Made by a program: the position numbers and the translations under genes. A stretch of DNA of 64,000 bases, from the NCBI GenBank assembly GCA_016793885.1, contig JAEUHE010000236.1, positions 15,876 to 79,875 of the forward strand, in the 5' to 3' direction. Positions 62,248-64,000 of the stretch are shown one piece after another. Under the pieces are notes generated by a model. It did not search any database. It was not told where the DNA came from and was given only the letters and a program-made list of their open reading frames with translations. Position 1 is the stretch's first letter. Each line of letters begins with the position of its first letter. This DNA comes from Verrucomicrobiales bacterium (GTDB taxonomy: Bacteria > Verrucomicrobiota > Verrucomicrobiia > Limisphaerales > UBA11320).

Positions 62248-63660
62248 ATGAAACCCCGAGCTTTCCTGTCGCGTCGACGCTTTATCCAGCAATCTGCTGT
62301 TTGCGGTGGGCTCGCCTTGATGCCCCCTTTGAAGTTCGGGCGGGCGGCGGACGAGAAATCCCAGTCCGACGCTGTCTTGGATTTGGGATCGCGGCGTGAA
62401 CTCTTCGTCGATCGTTATCTCATCGAGAGCCTTCAGGGACTCGAACAACGATTGCAGACTCCGTTGCTGGCTCCTCCGATGGAGAACCCCGCCGACCCTT
62501 TGGAATACGGCACGGTCATCAAAGACGGCGATCTGTTCCGCCTGTACACTCGTGATGGACGAGGCGCCCGGTTTGATGGGGACAGTCCCGAGGTCACCCG
62601 TTACTGCGAAAGTCGCGACGGCATTCACTGGACTCGACCCAAGCTGGGGTTGCATGAAGTGGACGGAAATCGTGAGAACAACGTGATCCTCCACGAGTCT
62701 CCCTTCTGCCATAATTTTTCGCCCTTCCTGGATGTCCGCCCGGGGAACCCGGCCCAGTCCCGATTCAAGGCGCTCGCCGGCACGGTGAAGTCTGGGCTGG
62801 TGGGCTTTCAGTCGGCCGACGGAATCCACTGGGCAAAGATGCGGCCTGAACCCCTGATCCGGTACACCAAGGAGTATGCCTTCGATTCTCAGAATGTTTC
62901 GTTCTGGTCCGAAAGCGAAGGGCGGTACGTGTGTTACTTTCGTCATTTCCTCGACAAGAAACTGCGCTCGGTTTGTCGAACGACGTCATCAAACTTTATC
63001 GATTGGACCGAGCCGGTGCCGTTGCGTCCGAACTTTCCCGGCGAGCACATCTATACCACGCTGACACATCCGTACTTTCGGGCGCCGCATCTCTACGTGG
63101 CCTTGCCCACCCGGTTTCATCCGGATCGAGGCGAAAGCACGGACGTCCTGTTCATGAGCACGCGCGGGGATCGGCCTTATGACCGCACGTTTCGGGATGC
63201 ATTCATCCGACCCGGGCTCGATCCAGCTCGATGGGGCAACCGTTCCAATTATGCGGCGTTGAATGTGGTGCCGACCGGTCCGACGGAGATGTCGATCTAC
63301 GCGACGCCGTTTCGTCGGTTTACGCTGCGAACCGATGGGTTTGCCTCCGTTCATGCCGGAGCGGATGTCGGGGAATTTGTGACTCCTCGGGTTCGGTTCG
63401 CGGGTGGCCGGTTGTTTGTGAATGCGAGCACCAGTGCGGGAGGCAGGATCCGAGTGGAACTACTGGATGCCGGCGGGCAGGTTCTACATGGCTATGAGCT
63501 GGCGGATTGTCGTCCCTTCGTCGGGGATGCCATAGAACACGAGGTTCAATGGAAGCAGGGCGCCGATCTGACCGCACTGTCGTCCCGTCCTGTGAGGCTC
63601 CGCTTCGAGTTGTTGGAAGCGGACTTGTTTGCGATCCGATTTGGAGCTGCCGCCCTCTAG
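62248..63660 (+). CDS. Tat-signal secreted protein, glycoside-hydrolase-like beta-propeller with C-terminal beta-sandwich (family not assigned)
   Basis: The 470-aa ORF has an N-terminal SRRRFIQQSAVCGGLALM twin-arginine motif. RELFVDRYLIESL, DGIHW (twice) and the C-terminal pattern LRTDGFASV ... GGRIRVELLDAGGQVLHGY ... VRLRFELLEADLFAIRF resemble uncharacterised GH32/43-clan-like proteins I recall. This is a weak assignment. Confidence 0.55.
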   Translation: MKPRAFLSRRRFIQQSAVCGGLALMPPLKFGRAADEKSQSDAVLDLGSRRELFVDRYLIESLQGLEQRLQTPLLAPPMENPADPLEYGTVIKDGDLFRLYTRDGRGARFDGDSPEVTRYCESRDGIHWTRPKLGLHEVDGNRENNVILHESPFCHNFSPFLDVRPGNPAQSRFKALAGTVKSGLVGFQSADGIHWAKMRPEPLIRYTKEYAFDSQNVSFWSESEGRYVCYFRHFLDKKLRSVCRTTSSNFIDWTEPVPLRPNFPGEHIYTTLTHPYFRAPHLYVALPTRFHPDRGESTDVLFMSTRGDRPYDRTFRDAFIRPGLDPARWGNRSNYAALNVVPTGPTEMSIYATPFRRFTLRTDGFASVHAGADVGEFVTPRVRFAGGRLFVNASTSAGGRIRVELLDAGGQVLHGYELADCRPFVGDAIEHEVQWKQGADLTALSSRPVRLRFELLEADLFAIRFGAAAL

Positions 63661-63689
63661 CTCTGCCCTCAAAGGCAGAGCGCTTGGTG

Positions 63690-63795
63690 GCCCACGGAAC
63701 ACGCGGATCACACGGAGAAAATCCGAATGAGGAGAATGTTCTTTTTCAGTTCTTGGTTTCGATCCTGATCCGTGTGGTTTGCGTGTTCCGTGGGC
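63690..63795. repeat. family-C inverted-repeat element
   Basis: GCCCACGGAACACGCGGATCACACGGA (63690-63716) faces TCCGTGTGGTTTGCGTGTTCCGTGGGC (63769-63795). The arm sequence is the same as at 18296..18413. A 7-bp hairpin, CTCTGCC-CTCAAA-GGCAGAG, lies at 63661-63680, right after the stop codon. Confidence 0.7.
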
Positions 63796-64000
63796 AATAC
63801 TTCGGGTCTTGGGAACATCGGCTCGGCCCGGATTTGGAATGGGTTTTGCAGTCAATGTATTAGAAAACGGCATCATCAGAACCGATGCTTTTTCTGATCC
63901 GCACACTTTACATTCGCTGCAGTTCAGCAATTCTAAGCTGCCTGCCAGCTTTTGTGGGCAAGTAACTCAGAATCAGAAGTGTCGTTGTTGAATCAATCGC

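Noticed and set aside
1-64000. tRNA, rRNA, RNase P, SRP RNA, riboswitches, transposases, integrases or phage genes
   Set aside because: I scanned the intergenic regions by eye for cloverleaf-compatible stems and for conserved cores such as GAGGAAAGTCC and found none. This is a visual search only; tRNAscan-SE and Infernal/Rfam would be decisive.

Overview
GC-rich chromosomal window, most likely from a PVC-group bacterium (Verrucomicrobiota-like). That guess rests on gene content only: a PEP-CTERM protein, two PSCyt/DUF1549-DUF1553 + DUF1501 gene pairs, two giant LTD/CotH surface proteins, an FG-GAP/ASPIC protein and a DUF1080 lipoprotein. I call about 27 protein-coding genes. I recognised no rRNA, tRNA, CRISPR array, transposase or integrase by eye. 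Housekeeping content: a CCA-adding enzyme, an Rrf2-IscU-cysteine desulfurase-Mrp Fe-S operon, FolC and a SIS-domain protein. Items worth a second look: (1) A compact two-gene hybrid NRPS-PKS line (29979-40892, minus strand): A-T, then KS-AT-ACP-aminotransferase-C-A-T-TE. Its condensation motif reads NMIVCDG instead of HHxxxDG, and its thioesterase has Cys in place of the nucleophilic Ser (GYCMG). The second A domain has a glycine-like specificity code; the code of the loading A domain I cannot assign. (2) A short secreted RHS-tip polymorphic toxin followed by two tandem paralogous putative immunity genes. This 3-kb cassette is bracketed by ~310-bp direct repeats. (3) An FG-GAP/ASPIC/thioredoxin/TPR protein interrupted by a single in-frame TGA, which could be selenocysteine, readthrough or a nonsense mutation. 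(4) A 1409-aa fusion of beta-propeller, di-haem cytochrome c peroxidase-like domain and four CHRD domains. (5) Nearly every intergenic region holds members of a few palindromic, MITE/REP-like repeat families. These include a 2.4-copy ~350-bp tandem array, a ~330-bp nested palindrome, a 36-bp perfect inverted repeat, and an element that begins exactly at the TAG stop codon of two unrelated genes. All family assignments come from motif recall without database searches. Domain boundaries are approximate. Codon-level coordinates quoted as checked were read directly from the sequence.
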